Assembly: GCA_963743305.1 (NCBI GenBank)
Contig: CAVUPH010000020.1
Location: 32,001-96,000, forward strand
Length of the DNA: 64,000 nucleotides
Reading direction: 5' to 3'
Source: an uncultured delta proteobacterium
GTDB taxonomy: Bacteria > Desulfobacterota > RBG-13-43-22
Program-made: the position numbers and the translations under genes
Part shown: positions 20,156 through 29,996 of the stretch, piece by piece
Layout of the letters: each line of letters begins with the position of its first letter
Position numbering within the stretch: the first letter of the stretch is position 1
Notes under the pieces: model-generated
The model's database searches: none
Seen by the model: the letters and a program-made list of their open reading frames with translations, nothing else
What the model was told of the DNA's origin: nothing

Positions 20156-20569
20156 ATGCGCTTCGCCGGACCTTTAAACCCCTTAACCCTTCCGAAACCC
20201 TGCTGGTGGTCCACGGTTCTTCCTTTTTCCCTCTACTGCCTGGTGATCTTTTATTTATCCTCCCAAACGCGCTTTATTTTCCAGCCCCCGGAGTTTTTTT
20301 CCTCGGATAAGCTATATCACTTTTTGGAGTACACTATCCTGGGGGTTCTGGCCGGTCGGGTGATCAGGGCCTATGCCTTTGATTTTCGGGGTCTATCTTC
20401 AGTGACGGTGGTCAGCTTTTTTTGTCTGCTTTATGGCGTCGGAGATGAATTTCACCAATGGTTTGTCCCGGGTCGTTTTGCCACGGTGGGCGATGTCCTG
20501 GCCGATACTGTCGGAGGCTGGGCCGGGGGTAGGCTCTATTTGATTTTTTGGCTCAAATGGGCGAGATAA
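20156..20569 (+). CDS. VanZ family membrane protein
   Basis: IFYLSS, DKLYHFLEY, DEFHQWFVPGR...DVLAD. Confidence 0.9.
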   Translation: MRFAGPLNPLTLPKPCWWSTVLPFSLYCLVIFYLSSQTRFIFQPPEFFSSDKLYHFLEYTILGVLAGRVIRAYAFDFRGLSSVTVVSFFCLLYGVGDEFHQWFVPGRFATVGDVLADTVGGWAGGRLYLIFWLKWAR

Positions 20570-20570
20570 A

Positions 20571-20621
20571 TTTTCAGACTAAACCCCCATGTCCTGGAGG
20601 GGCGCCCGCGAAGGAGGAAAA
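20571..20621 (+). repeat. ~50-bp dispersed repeat (TTTTC...TAAACCCCCATG...CGAAGSATGAAAA family); other copies 31757-31808(-), 31907-31958(-), 35574-35623, ~42009-42056, 49483-49532
   Basis: Shared ends and core motifs in at least six intergenic copies, aligned by eye. Confidence 0.65.
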
Positions 20622-20713
20622 TCCCCCCCGCCCCCCTTTTTCTAAGGGGGGAGTAGAAGGCTTTTTTCCGAAAGACCCCTCCCTTTACAAAAGGGAGGTT
20701 GGAAGGGATTTTT
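20619..20713. repeat. REP-like C-run/G-run double-hairpin element
   Basis: AAATCCCCC..CCCCCCTTT-AAGGGGGG..CTCCCTTT-AAAGGGAG..GGGATTTT; similar copies at 21502, 35620, 42053. Confidence 0.8.
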
Positions 20714-20781
20714 TAAAAAAATGAAAAAGGGGAATTAGTACCAATCATACTATGTCAGCACCTTAAGATTGGGAGGACCTC

Positions 20782-21450
20782 ATGATTGATTTACACAGCC
20801 ATTCCCTGATGAGCGACGGGGCACTTTTGCCCTCGGAACTGGTGCGTCGGGCCGAAGTCCGCGGTTACCGCTACTGGGCGATCACCGACCACGCCGATCG
20901 GTCGAATTTGGACCACGTGGTCCCCCGGCTGGTCCAGGTCGCTCGGGAACTGAACCGCTACCAAATCATCCAGGTCCTGCCGGGCATCGAATTAACCCAT
21001 GTGCCTCCGGAAACGATCGGCGAATTAGCGGCGGTCGCCAAGCATTTAGGCGCCAGGCTGATCGTAGTCCACGGCGAAACCATCGCAGAACCGGTCCCTC
21101 CCGGAACGAATCGGGCGGCCATCCTGGCCGGTGTTCATCTCCTGGCCCATCCGGGCCTGATTACGGTCGAGGAAGCGCGTCTGGCGGCAGAAAAAGGGGT
21201 CTACTTGGAAGTGACTTCCCGAAAAGGGCACTCGTTGACCAACGGGCATGTGGCGCGGCTAGCACAGGAGTATAAGGCCCAACTGGTATTGAACTCGGAC
21301 ACCCACGCCCCGGGGGATATCGTTTCCCAGGAGCAGCGGGACCGGGTGGTGCAGGGCGCGGGGTTGGGAATGGATGCCCTGGAAGCAATGGATCGAGCTG
21401 CGGTCGATCTGTTTAACCGCTTGATGGAAGGACTTGAGGATGGAGTTTAA
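20782..21450 (+). CDS. PHP-domain phosphoesterase (histidinol-phosphatase-like)
   Basis: DLHSHS..SDG, ITDH, GIELTH, VHGET, LAHPG, NSDTH. Confidence 0.9.
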   Translation: MIDLHSHSLMSDGALLPSELVRRAEVRGYRYWAITDHADRSNLDHVVPRLVQVARELNRYQIIQVLPGIELTHVPPETIGELAAVAKHLGARLIVVHGETIAEPVPPGTNRAAILAGVHLLAHPGLITVEEARLAAEKGVYLEVTSRKGHSLTNGHVARLAQEYKAQLVLNSDTHAPGDIVSQEQRDRVVQGAGLGMDALEAMDRAAVDLFNRLMEGLEDGV

Positions 21451-21501
21451 TTGCCCAGGCCATTATAAACAAAAGGGTTTTAATGGAATAAACCCTCCGA
21501 G

Positions 21502-21591
21502 AAATCCCCCCTCACCCCCCTTTTTCAAAGGGGGGAACCCAAGTTCCGGAAGACTCCTCCCTTTCAAAAAGGGAGGTTGGGAGGGATTTTT
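21502..21591. repeat. REP-like C-run/G-run double-hairpin element
   Basis: Same family as 20619; lies between convergent genes. Confidence 0.8.
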
Positions 21592-21611
21592 GAAAAATTG
21601 GTAAAGGGTGT

Positions 21612-22574
21612 TCAGCCTTTGAGGTCCGCTTCGACCATTTCGCGGATCATTTCCTCAAAGGATATCCGGGGCTGCCAGGCTAAAAGACGATGGGCCTTTT
21701 GAGCGTTGCCGATTAGATCCACCGGTTCCTTTTCCCGGAAAAAAACCGAGTCTACCTGCACATAGTCCTGGTAATCCTTTCCAATACAAGCAAAGGCAGC
21801 CGAGAGCAGGTCCCGAACCGTATGGGGGACCCCGGTAGCAATCACGTAGTCATCCGGACGATCCTGCTGCACCATACGCCACATGGCCTGGGTGTAATCC
21901 CGGGCATGGCCCCAATCCCGGCAGGCTTCGAGGTTGCCCATATGGAGCTTACCGGATCGGCCTTTTTTTAGCCCGGCGACGAAAGAGGAAACCTTGCGGG
22001 TAACAAACTGCGGACCCCGTCGCGGCGATTCGTGATTGTAGAGAATGCCGCTGGAAAGGTGCAGCCCATGATGGCGGCGGTAAAAGCGGCCAAGGTGGAA
22101 GCCCGCTAATTTGGACAGACCGTAAGCCGAATGCGGATGAAACGGAGTCTCTTCATCCTGAGGGGAATGGGGCGCATCGCCGAACATTTCGCTGCTGGCG
22201 GCAAAATAGATCCGGCAGTCGTTGTTGATTTGTCGGAGGCCCTCCAGTAGGTTGTGGGTAGTATAGAGGTTGGCATGCATCATTTCTCGCAGGTTATCAA
22301 AGCCGGGGCTGACATAGCTTTCCGAGGCCAGGTGATAACACTCCTGGGGTTGTATTTCCCTGAGGACGCGAAGGGTGCTGGTCAGGGAATTCAGTTCCAC
22401 GGCGTGGAGTTGGATCCGGCCCAGGTGGGCCTGGAGATGGGCCAGGCGCATCTCTGGATTTTCCAGGGTGGCCGGACGGACGATGCCGTGTACGGCATAG
22501 CCTTTATCCAAAAGGAGCTCCGTGAGGTAGGAGCCATCCTGTCCGGATATGCCGGTAATCAAAGCCTTGGGCAT
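21612..22574 (-). CDS. gmd: GDP-mannose 4,6-dehydratase (divergent paralog)
   Basis: [48 protein letters not shown]; ATG start at 22574; TTGACA-N17-TAATCT upstream on the minus strand. Confidence 0.88.
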   Translation of the reverse strand: MPKALITGISGQDGSYLTELLLDKGYAVHGIVRPATLENPEMRLAHLQAHLGRIQLHAVELNSLTSTLRVLREIQPQECYHLASESYVSPGFDNLREMMHANLYTTHNLLEGLRQINNDCRIYFAASSEMFGDAPHSPQDEETPFHPHSAYGLSKLAGFHLGRFYRRHHGLHLSSGILYNHESPRRGPQFVTRKVSSFVAGLKKGRSGKLHMGNLEACRDWGHARDYTQAMWRMVQQDRPDDYVIATGVPHTVRDLLSAAFACIGKDYQDYVQVDSVFFREKEPVDLIGNAQKAHRLLAWQPRISFEEMIREMVEADLKG

Positions 22575-22708
22575 AAATGAATTCCCTTTCTTTCCCCTGC
22601 AGTAATCGGCCAAGAATCCGCTTAGATTAGCAACCTCCCCCGGGCTTGTCAACCCTGTCCGGAAAAGCGGTTTGACTTTTAGGGCCTCCCTGATTATGCT
22701 GGCGAACG

Positions 22709-23830
22709 ATGGGCTCCCGGTCGCTTCATATTGGCGTCATCTACGGTGGAATCAGCGAGCAAAAAGTCGGCATGGACCATTACCTGCACCAGGTCTTGCT
22801 GACCATGAAAAGGCTGGCCCCGCACCATCGCTATACCCTGATCGATCATCGGCTGCAGGCCACCGCCTTTCGGGAGCAGTTCGGACAGGTGAACCTCCCT
22901 CTCCCTGCCGGACCCCTTTCCGTCAGCCGCTGGAACCTGCTGGAAGTCCCAAAAGTCTTGCCCCAATTTGACCTGGTTTTTTCTCCCGGCCTTTACGGTC
23001 CGGCGCGGATTCCTTCGGGCGTCAAAGGGGTCATGGTGGTTCATGATCTGGTCCGCTATCTCTTTCCAGGCTTCTTCGTCTTTAACCCGGTACAGAAGCT
23101 GCTGGATCGTTGGGCCTACCCGGTCATGCTCCGAAACTACCATCATTTGATCACCGTCTCCGAATCCACCCGTGACGACCTGATCCGCTTATTCAAGGTC
23201 CCGGTTGAAAGAATCACCGTCACTCATCACGGGGCTGACCCTCAATTTCGCCCGATCAGCGACCCCTCGGCTTTTGCCGGTCTTCTCCGGAAGTATGGGT
23301 TGGACCAGCCTTTTATCCTCTTCCTGGGAACCCTGGAACCCCGTAAAAACCTGATGACCTTGTTGCGGGCCTTTGCCCCGTTGAAAGAGCGGGTTCCTCA
23401 TTCCCTGGTCCTGGTGGGCCAGAAAGGCTGGAAATGGGAGGGAATCTTTGAGGCTATTAAGACCCTCGGCCTGGAAGAACGGGTCCGTTGGACCGGCTAT
23501 GTGTCCGATGAAGAACGGGTCCTTTTTTACAATGCCGCCGATTTTTTCGTCTATCCCAGTTGGTACGAGGGCTTCGGTATGCCCCTGCTGGAAGCGTTGC
23601 AGTCCGGCTGCCCGGTGATCGCCTCCCGGGTCAGTGCTCTGCCCGAAGTAGTGGGCCAGGCCGGGTTGCTGGTCGATCCCTCCAGCCCGGAAGAAATATC
23701 CCAGGCCATTCTCCGCCTGGTCGAGGAGGGGGGACTCAAAGAACGACTCCGAGAGGCCGGACTGGAGCGAGCGAGGCAATTTTCCTGGGAGGATAGCGCC
23801 CGAAAGACGCTGGAGGTCTTTGAAGGGTAA
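22709..23830 (+). CDS. Glycosyltransferase family 4 (MtfB-like)
   Basis: VHDL, ITVSESTR, LGTLEPRKN, YPSWYEGFGMPLLEA, FSWE. Confidence 0.92.
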   Translation: MGSRSLHIGVIYGGISEQKVGMDHYLHQVLLTMKRLAPHHRYTLIDHRLQATAFREQFGQVNLPLPAGPLSVSRWNLLEVPKVLPQFDLVFSPGLYGPARIPSGVKGVMVVHDLVRYLFPGFFVFNPVQKLLDRWAYPVMLRNYHHLITVSESTRDDLIRLFKVPVERITVTHHGADPQFRPISDPSAFAGLLRKYGLDQPFILFLGTLEPRKNLMTLLRAFAPLKERVPHSLVLVGQKGWKWEGIFEAIKTLGLEERVRWTGYVSDEERVLFYNAADFFVYPSWYEGFGMPLLEALQSGCPVIASRVSALPEVVGQAGLLVDPSSPEEISQAILRLVEEGGLKERLREAGLERARQFSWEDSARKTLEVFEG

Positions 23831-23872
23831 CCGGTAATGGATAAAGAAAATAATCTTGTAGTTGCAGAGGTC

Positions 23873-24046
23873 AAACTCGAAACCGAAATCCGAAATCCGA
23901 AACAAATCCAAAGGTTCAAAATTGCAAATGACCACACCACTCCCTCCCTCGACGGGGGGGGGTGGGGGGATTGGGTGAATCACGAGTTCCCAGATCGCTA
24001 TCGAAGTAGAGGGTGTTTCGGATTTCGAATTTCGGATTTCGAATTT
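23873..24046. repeat. Heptamer (AAATCCG) inverted-repeat element with a nested GC-rich hairpin
   Basis: gaaaccgaaatccgaaatccgaaac ... gtttcggatttcgaatttcggatttcga flanking ccctccctcgacggggggg. Confidence 0.7.
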
Positions 24047-24059
24047 AGTCAGGTGGACT

Positions 24060-25293
24060 TTGCGCGTTGCCTTCCTCGGAGATCGTTTGGGTCTGGCCAC
24101 CGGCGGCAATTTATATGTCGCCCGGGTGGCTCAGGAATTGGTGCGTCTGGGGGTGGAGGTATCCCTTATCACGCTGGTGCCGCCCCGGGATGTCGTCTGG
24201 GATTCGGGGCTACGGGTGATTTCTCGTTCGGTCGACTTCACTTTTGGCCGTTCACCCGATAAGGGGAGGCGGTTCTCCTTTCTCCAGGCCAAGTGGGCCG
24301 CCGTCGGGGAGTTACGTAAACTGGTGCGCGAACCCTACGATATCCTCTACTCCGTAGGGGGCCCCTCCAACATCGTCAACCATCTCTGTCATTCCGGCCC
24401 ATTCCGTCCCCGGGCATCGGTAGCCGCCGTCTTTCACCTCTTCCGGCAGGCTCCTTGGTCCCGGTTTCTTTTTTCGGCCGATACCTATCGCAAGCCTTTT
24501 CAAACCATATATCATTCCTGGGGTGACCACTTGGCCAAAAAGTTCACCGTGGTCACCGTTTCCCAATACTGGCGGGATCGTCTCATCCGCCGCGGTTTTC
24601 AGCCGGATCGGGTCCGGGTCATTCCCGTAGGCGCGGAAACCGCGGATTGGCCTCGCCTCGACCCGGAGGAGGCCAAGCAGAAGCTGGGCCTGGCCGGCCG
24701 GCTGGTGGTCTACACCAGCCCCCTGCGGCTGAACAAAGGCATCCTCCAGGTCCTCCAGGCCGTCAGAAACTTAAAGGACCGTTTTCCGCAGCTTTTGGTC
24801 ATCTCCACCGGGGTAACCGACCGACAGACTCAGGAGCAGGTCCGTCTTTTCTTGATCGAAAACCGTTTAGATGATTTTTTTCGCTATGACGGCGTGGTAC
24901 CCCGGGACGAGGTCCCCTGGTATCACTATGCGGCGGATATCACGGTCCTGGCCTCCCAGGAGGAAGAAGGCTGGGGCATTTTCCTGCTGGAGGGAATGCT
25001 CTCCGGTAAGCCGGTGGTCTGCACCCCTCTGGGGGCCATGCCGGAACTGGTTGGGGACCGAGGGGTCGTGCTGGAAGGAAATACGGTCGAAGATTTGACC
25101 CAAGCCGTCGATCGACTTCTGGCTTCTCCCGAACGGAGGAAACAATTAGGACTGGCCGGCCAGGGACAAGCATTGAAATTTTCTTACCAGATCGGCCGCT
25201 AAGGCCCATCTGATATTATTTGAGGAGTTACTCAGGGGTTCGCCAAAAGCCCATCCCCAGGCCGCGGTCGAGATTAAGCCCCGGCCCCGCTGA
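24060..25293 (+). CDS. Glycosyltransferase family 4, apparent +1 insertion near 25191
   Basis: VTVSQY, NKG, EEGWGIFLLEGMLSGKPVV; shifted frame continues SAAKAHLILFEELL to TGA at 25293. Confidence 0.8.
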
Positions 25294-25325
25294 TAACCGT
25301 TTTCAGACTTTTTACGCGCGTATCA

Positions 25326-26195
25326 TTAAAGGGCAGGTGATTTTCGCCAAGCCTTTTGGATTTGTTTGAATAGAGGTAGGATATTCATTCGGTTACGTCG
25401 CCCGTAATTCCACCAGATCCTTTTCTGCCGGTAGAGGAGGAAGGGCCAGTAGCCCCAAGAGATATACTTGAAGAAGAAATACCAGTCATTGAAGATGCAG
25501 CTTTCCAGGTAGGCATTCGGTAAAGGGTTGCGGCTGCCCCCCTGTTTGACCATGACATGAAAGACCGAGGCCCGGGGTTCGTATTGAATCCGATGGCCTT
25601 TGCGGCGGATTTGCAGGGCGTAATCCACTTCCTCCCACAAGAAATTTCCCCAATAGTTCAAATCGAAATCCCCGACCTCCTGGAGGACATTTTTGCGGAT
25701 GGACATATTGCATCCGTACAGGGTGGGCAGCTCACAGCGCTGGTTGGTGGTGAAGTTCCGGAGATAAGCCCCGGTGCGGGTCAGGCAGGCCGCCCAGGGT
25801 TCGTTGTTTTCCTCGGCCCCTTCGTACATGATCCGGCCGTTCACGGCGCCGATGGAAGGATCTTCATAATTTTCCAGATGATGCCGGATCAGGTCGGGCT
25901 GAAAAAGGACGTCGTCATCCAGGAAAAGTACGATTTCGCCTTGGGTCTCGCGGATGGCGAGATTACGAGCGGCCGTAGTGGAAGGAGGCGATAGGGTCAG
26001 ATGCCGAATGCCCTGACCCTCTCCTTGGAGATAGGCCATTACTTTGGGGAAGGATCGCGTGCTTTGGTCCACCACCAGAATTTCCAAGGGCCGGACCGTC
26101 TGGTCCTTCAACAGACGAAGGACATGGAGCAGGGACTCCTCCCGGTTGAGGGTGCAGATGACGACGGAAACGGAGATGGAGGCTTGGTTGTTCAT
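25326..26195 (-). CDS. Glycosyltransferase family 2
   Basis: SVVICTLNR, VVDQS, AARN, FLDDD, GCNMSIR, EEVDY. Confidence 0.9.
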   Translation of the reverse strand: MNNQASISVSVVICTLNREESLLHVLRLLKDQTVRPLEILVVDQSTRSFPKVMAYLQGEGQGIRHLTLSPPSTTAARNLAIRETQGEIVLFLDDDVLFQPDLIRHHLENYEDPSIGAVNGRIMYEGAEENNEPWAACLTRTGAYLRNFTTNQRCELPTLYGCNMSIRKNVLQEVGDFDLNYWGNFLWEEVDYALQIRRKGHRIQYEPRASVFHVMVKQGGSRNPLPNAYLESCIFNDWYFFFKYISWGYWPFLLYRQKRIWWNYGRRNRMNILPLFKQIQKAWRKSPAL

Positions 26196-26341
26196 CGCTT
26201 GGTTATACCAAATACGATAAATAAAACGAATATCGAATATCGAACACTGAATTCCGATGATGACGTCCCAAGGGAAAGGCGAGCCCGCGTGCCGCCCTGG
26301 TTAGCGATATCGAACAAGGAATAATGAATGCATAAAGTGGC

Positions 26342-27613
26342 TCACTTCTTAATTCGAACTTCCGTCGTTCGATATTCTTCATTCGTATTTCCCCTGGTTG
26401 TAATCAGTTCCAGAAAAAGGGTCTCCATCTTTTCCGCCACTTTCCCGACCGTAAATCGTTCCCGGACCTTGGCCCTCCCGGCCTCGCCCATTCGCCGGCG
26501 TTGATCGGGATCTTTCAACAGCTTGAGCATGGCCTGGGCCAGGGCCGACGGATCGTCGAAGGGCACCAGATACCCATCTTCCCCAGCTTCCACCAGGGCG
26601 GCCACGGCCGGAATATTCGCTCCGATCACCGGCTTTTTTTGGGCCCAGGCCTCCAGGAAAACCACCCCGAAGCTCTCCACCGCTGAAGGCAGGGCCAGAA
26701 GGTCGGCGGCTGCCAGGAGGTCGATCTTTTCCTTCTCCGGGAAATTATCCAGAGATCGAAGTCGAGCGTCACGTCCCACCGGCAGCCGGTCCAGCAGGTC
26801 CCTAAAATAGGGACTTGTTTGACCGGCTAAAAGGAGAACCGCCCGCGGGGTTTCTTCCCAGACCCGCGGCATAGCCGAAAGCAGGGTTTCGATCCCCTTC
26901 CCCTCCACCTTCCGTCCTAGAAAAACGATCAATGGTTCGTCGGTCCAGCCCTGGCGGCGGCGGAAGGCCTGACCGTCACCGGGGATCAAGGCCTCTTCGG
27001 AGAGACCCTGTCCAAAAACTTGGATTCTCGAGGGCTCGATCCCCTGGGAAATCAGGAATTTTTTTTCCGGTTCCGTATTGGTCAGAACGGCCGAGGCCTG
27101 GGGAAAGATCCATTTCAGAATCTTCAGCAGGGATTCGTTCATCTGGGCTTCGTGAATATGGGGCTGTATTACCCAGGGGCAGCCTAAATAGCTGGCCACC
27201 TGCCAGGCATAGTAGGGGGTGGCAGTGGGAAAGGGAACGGCATAGAGGATATCCGGGTTCAGCTTTCGCGCCTTCGGGATCATTTGGGGAAGGTGGGGCA
27301 CCTGGATCCTGTACCAGAGCCTATCCCCGCCCGGCAATCGACTTCGCAAGGAGAGGGCTCCCAGTTTGGCCAAAAGGAGGCGCTGAAAAGGGCGGAGACA
27401 AACGCGGATAATCCGGATCCCTTCCCAGGTTTCTTCTTCCGGGAGGGAGGGATGAATTTGGGGACGCCGAAAATCTTCCAAGCCCAGTTGATTGGAAGTG
27501 AGCACGGTGACCCGATGACCCCTTTTCACCAACTCCCGCGAAAGCTCGAGCAGGGCCATCTCTGTCCCGCCATGGGCCGGATGGAAGAGATGGGTCAAGT
27601 TAAGGATGTGCAT
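26342..27613 (-). CDS. Glycosyltransferase family 4
   Basis: GGTE, GHRVTV, FLGRK..GKG, ESFGVVFLEAWAQKKPVI. Confidence 0.9.
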   Translation of the reverse strand: MHILNLTHLFHPAHGGTEMALLELSRELVKRGHRVTVLTSNQLGLEDFRRPQIHPSLPEEETWEGIRIIRVCLRPFQRLLLAKLGALSLRSRLPGGDRLWYRIQVPHLPQMIPKARKLNPDILYAVPFPTATPYYAWQVASYLGCPWVIQPHIHEAQMNESLLKILKWIFPQASAVLTNTEPEKKFLISQGIEPSRIQVFGQGLSEEALIPGDGQAFRRRQGWTDEPLIVFLGRKVEGKGIETLLSAMPRVWEETPRAVLLLAGQTSPYFRDLLDRLPVGRDARLRSLDNFPEKEKIDLLAAADLLALPSAVESFGVVFLEAWAQKKPVIGANIPAVAALVEAGEDGYLVPFDDPSALAQAMLKLLKDPDQRRRMGEAGRAKVRERFTVGKVAEKMETLFLELITTRGNTNEEYRTTEVRIKK

Positions 27614-28303
27614 TTATTTTGCTGGAGGGAATAGGGCGCTGATCCGTATCAGGACTTCCGGTTTTTGGGGGTGATCGGTCAAACACTTGATGACGCCGGA
27701 ATAAGACCCCTCCCGCTGAAGATTGGTGATCTTGAGTCGGTAATGACTGCCCGGGACGATGGTTTCCAATTGGGCGCCGATTTTTTCTTTTAAATTATTT
27801 TCAATTTTTAACACCTTAAAATCCTGACCGGTCGCCAGCAGGTCGATGGTTTTTTTATCAGCGTCTTGGGCGGCCGGAGAGAATTGAACGGAGGGACCCG
27901 GACGCAGCTCGATAAACGGTCGGACTTTGCCTTGAAGCACGATTTGGAAGGAAGGTTGCCGGAGGTCATTGCTGAAAATGGTGGCCTCCTTCCAGACCTT
28001 CCCTTGAAACCCCCTGAGATTGACGTTTAACGAAACTTTTCCCTCGCCCCCCGGCGGGATGACCCGGTCAAACCGGGTCACGGCGCAGCCTCAGCCGGGG
28101 CGGACGTCTTTAATTTGCAGGGCCTCGGCGCCGATATTCAATATTTTAAAATCATGACTGACGGTTTCGCCTTCACCCAATTCCCCAAAATCGAAACGGG
28201 GTTCGGGAACCTGCATTTGAACGTTGCCGGCCCAAACAATCCCGGCCCAAACCCAAAGCAGGAGCAGAACCAACCCGGCGGGCCATCTTTTTTGAATGTT
28301 CAC
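27614..28303 (-). CDS. Secreted DUF1573-like protein, probable selenoprotein (in-frame TGA at 28091-28093)
   Basis: ORFs 28091-28303 and 27614-28081 are in frame and join as KDVRPG-U-GCAV (family motif xCGC); signal peptide, FDFG, IPPGGEG, SND motifs; 9-bp perfect hairpin 11 nt after the TGA. Confidence 0.8.
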
Positions 28304-28349
28304 GCTAGTGTGCCTCGTTATTCGTTGCAGGTTAAAAATACCGACTTGA

Positions 28350-29492
28350 TTAATACCCCCGCTGGCTGACTTTTTCCAGATCGGCCCGGGCCATCATCCG
28401 GGCCAAATGGTCGAATTTTACCTTGGCCTCCCAGCCCAGTTTATCCTTGGCTTTGGCCGGATCGCCAATCAGAATATCCACTTCAGTAGGGCGATAATAG
28501 ACCGGATCAATCCGCAACAGGACCGAACCAACCTCCGGCGGTTGGGCCTGTTCCAAGGGGATCGCCGGTTCCCGATGCCCGTTGGGACCGTTCGGCCGGC
28601 TGTCCCGTTCGGCCTCCAGGAACACCGAACTAATTCCCGCCAGGATCCCCACTTCGTCGACCCCTGAGCCCCGCCATTCAATCTCCAGGCCGACGGTCCG
28701 GAAGGCCGCCTCGACGAACTCCCGGACCGAATGGGTTTCTCCGGTGGCAATGACAAAGTCATCGGGCTGGTCCTGCTGAAGCATCCGCCACATGGCTTCC
28801 ACATATTCCGGGGCGTACCCCCAGTCCCGCTTGGCTGCCAGGTTGCCTAAGGTCATCTCCTTCTGGACACCCAACCGGATCCGGGCCGCGGCTCGAGTGA
28901 TCTTACGGGTCACGAAGGTTTCCCCCCGGCGAGGGGATTCATGGTTGAAGAGGATGCCATTACAGGCATAAAGGTTATAAGCCTCCCGGTAGTTGACCAC
29001 AATCCAGAAGCCATAAATCTTGGCGACTCCATAAGGGGAGCGGGGATAGAATGGAGTGGATTCGTTCTGGGGGATTTCCCGGACCTTCCCGTAGAGTTCG
29101 CTGGTGGAGGCCTGGTAAAATCGGGTCTTGATGCCCGTGTTCTTGATGGCATCCAGAAAACGGAGTGTTCCGATGGCGTCCACCTCGGCCGTGTACTCCG
29201 GGACCTCAAAAGAAACCCGGACATGGCTTTGGGCGGCCAGGTTATAAATCTCATCGGGTTGGACTCGTTCCAGTATCCGGTTCAGGTTGCTGGAATCGGT
29301 CAGGTCCCCGTAATGGGTGATAAAGGTTTTGTCGAAGATACCGGCATCACCGTACAGATGGTCGATGCGGGCGGTGTTGAAGGAACTGCTGCGGCGCAGG
29401 ATGCCATGAACTTCGTAGCCTTTTTCCAGTAATAGCTCGGTTAAGTAGGATCCGTCCTGCCCGGTGACCCCGGTAATTAAAGCGCGTTTCAT
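28350..29492 (-). CDS. gmd: GDP-mannose 4,6-dehydratase
   Basis: [67 protein letters not shown]. Confidence 0.97.
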   Translation of the reverse strand: MKRALITGVTGQDGSYLTELLLEKGYEVHGILRRSSSFNTARIDHLYGDAGIFDKTFITHYGDLTDSSNLNRILERVQPDEIYNLAAQSHVRVSFEVPEYTAEVDAIGTLRFLDAIKNTGIKTRFYQASTSELYGKVREIPQNESTPFYPRSPYGVAKIYGFWIVVNYREAYNLYACNGILFNHESPRRGETFVTRKITRAAARIRLGVQKEMTLGNLAAKRDWGYAPEYVEAMWRMLQQDQPDDFVIATGETHSVREFVEAAFRTVGLEIEWRGSGVDEVGILAGISSVFLEAERDSRPNGPNGHREPAIPLEQAQPPEVGSVLLRIDPVYYRPTEVDILIGDPAKAKDKLGWEAKVKFDHLARMMARADLEKVSQRGY

Positions 29493-29533
29493 AGGTTTAT
29501 TTTTCTTTCTCTGTTCTAATAATTATTTGAAGC

Positions 29534-29836
29534 TTCGCCCTCTTGGGTAGGTCCTATATCTGGTCTGGCCGCCGGGTCTGGGCGAAAGGGTTTTCCAAAG
29601 GTACTCCGGATTTCTTATCCGGGCCTAACTTATTAATTTTATATAAAACAGGCCCAAACTCCGAGACCTTTAACCCCCCTTGAGCCGGCCCTGCCTCCGA
29701 GAAGATTTGGTAACCCGGACCCGGGTTAGAACCGATAAGGCCATGTGGAAAACCCTTTCGCCCAGACCCGGCGGCCAAGAGGAGTCGATTTCTGCCTAAG
29801 ATACCGTATCTGGGTCCACCCACCCAAAAGGGCGAA
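29534..29836. repeat. ~300-bp structured element (MITE-like or ncRNA), copy 1
   Basis: Outer IR TTCGCCC..GGGCGAA; perfect 32-bp IR 29566-29597/29746-29777; homologous copy at 58350-58646. Confidence 0.85.
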
Positions 29837-29996
29837 CAACCTATTATTTATTTGGCCTTCGGCGAGAATCCGGTTAAAGTGAATCTAACCCACCTCCGGA
29901 AAAAAATCAACTTGGAATCTCGGCCAAAAGAAAATATGATTAAGACTGACTGATGAAACCAGTTAAAAACAAAATGACACTTGAGGACCAGATCCC

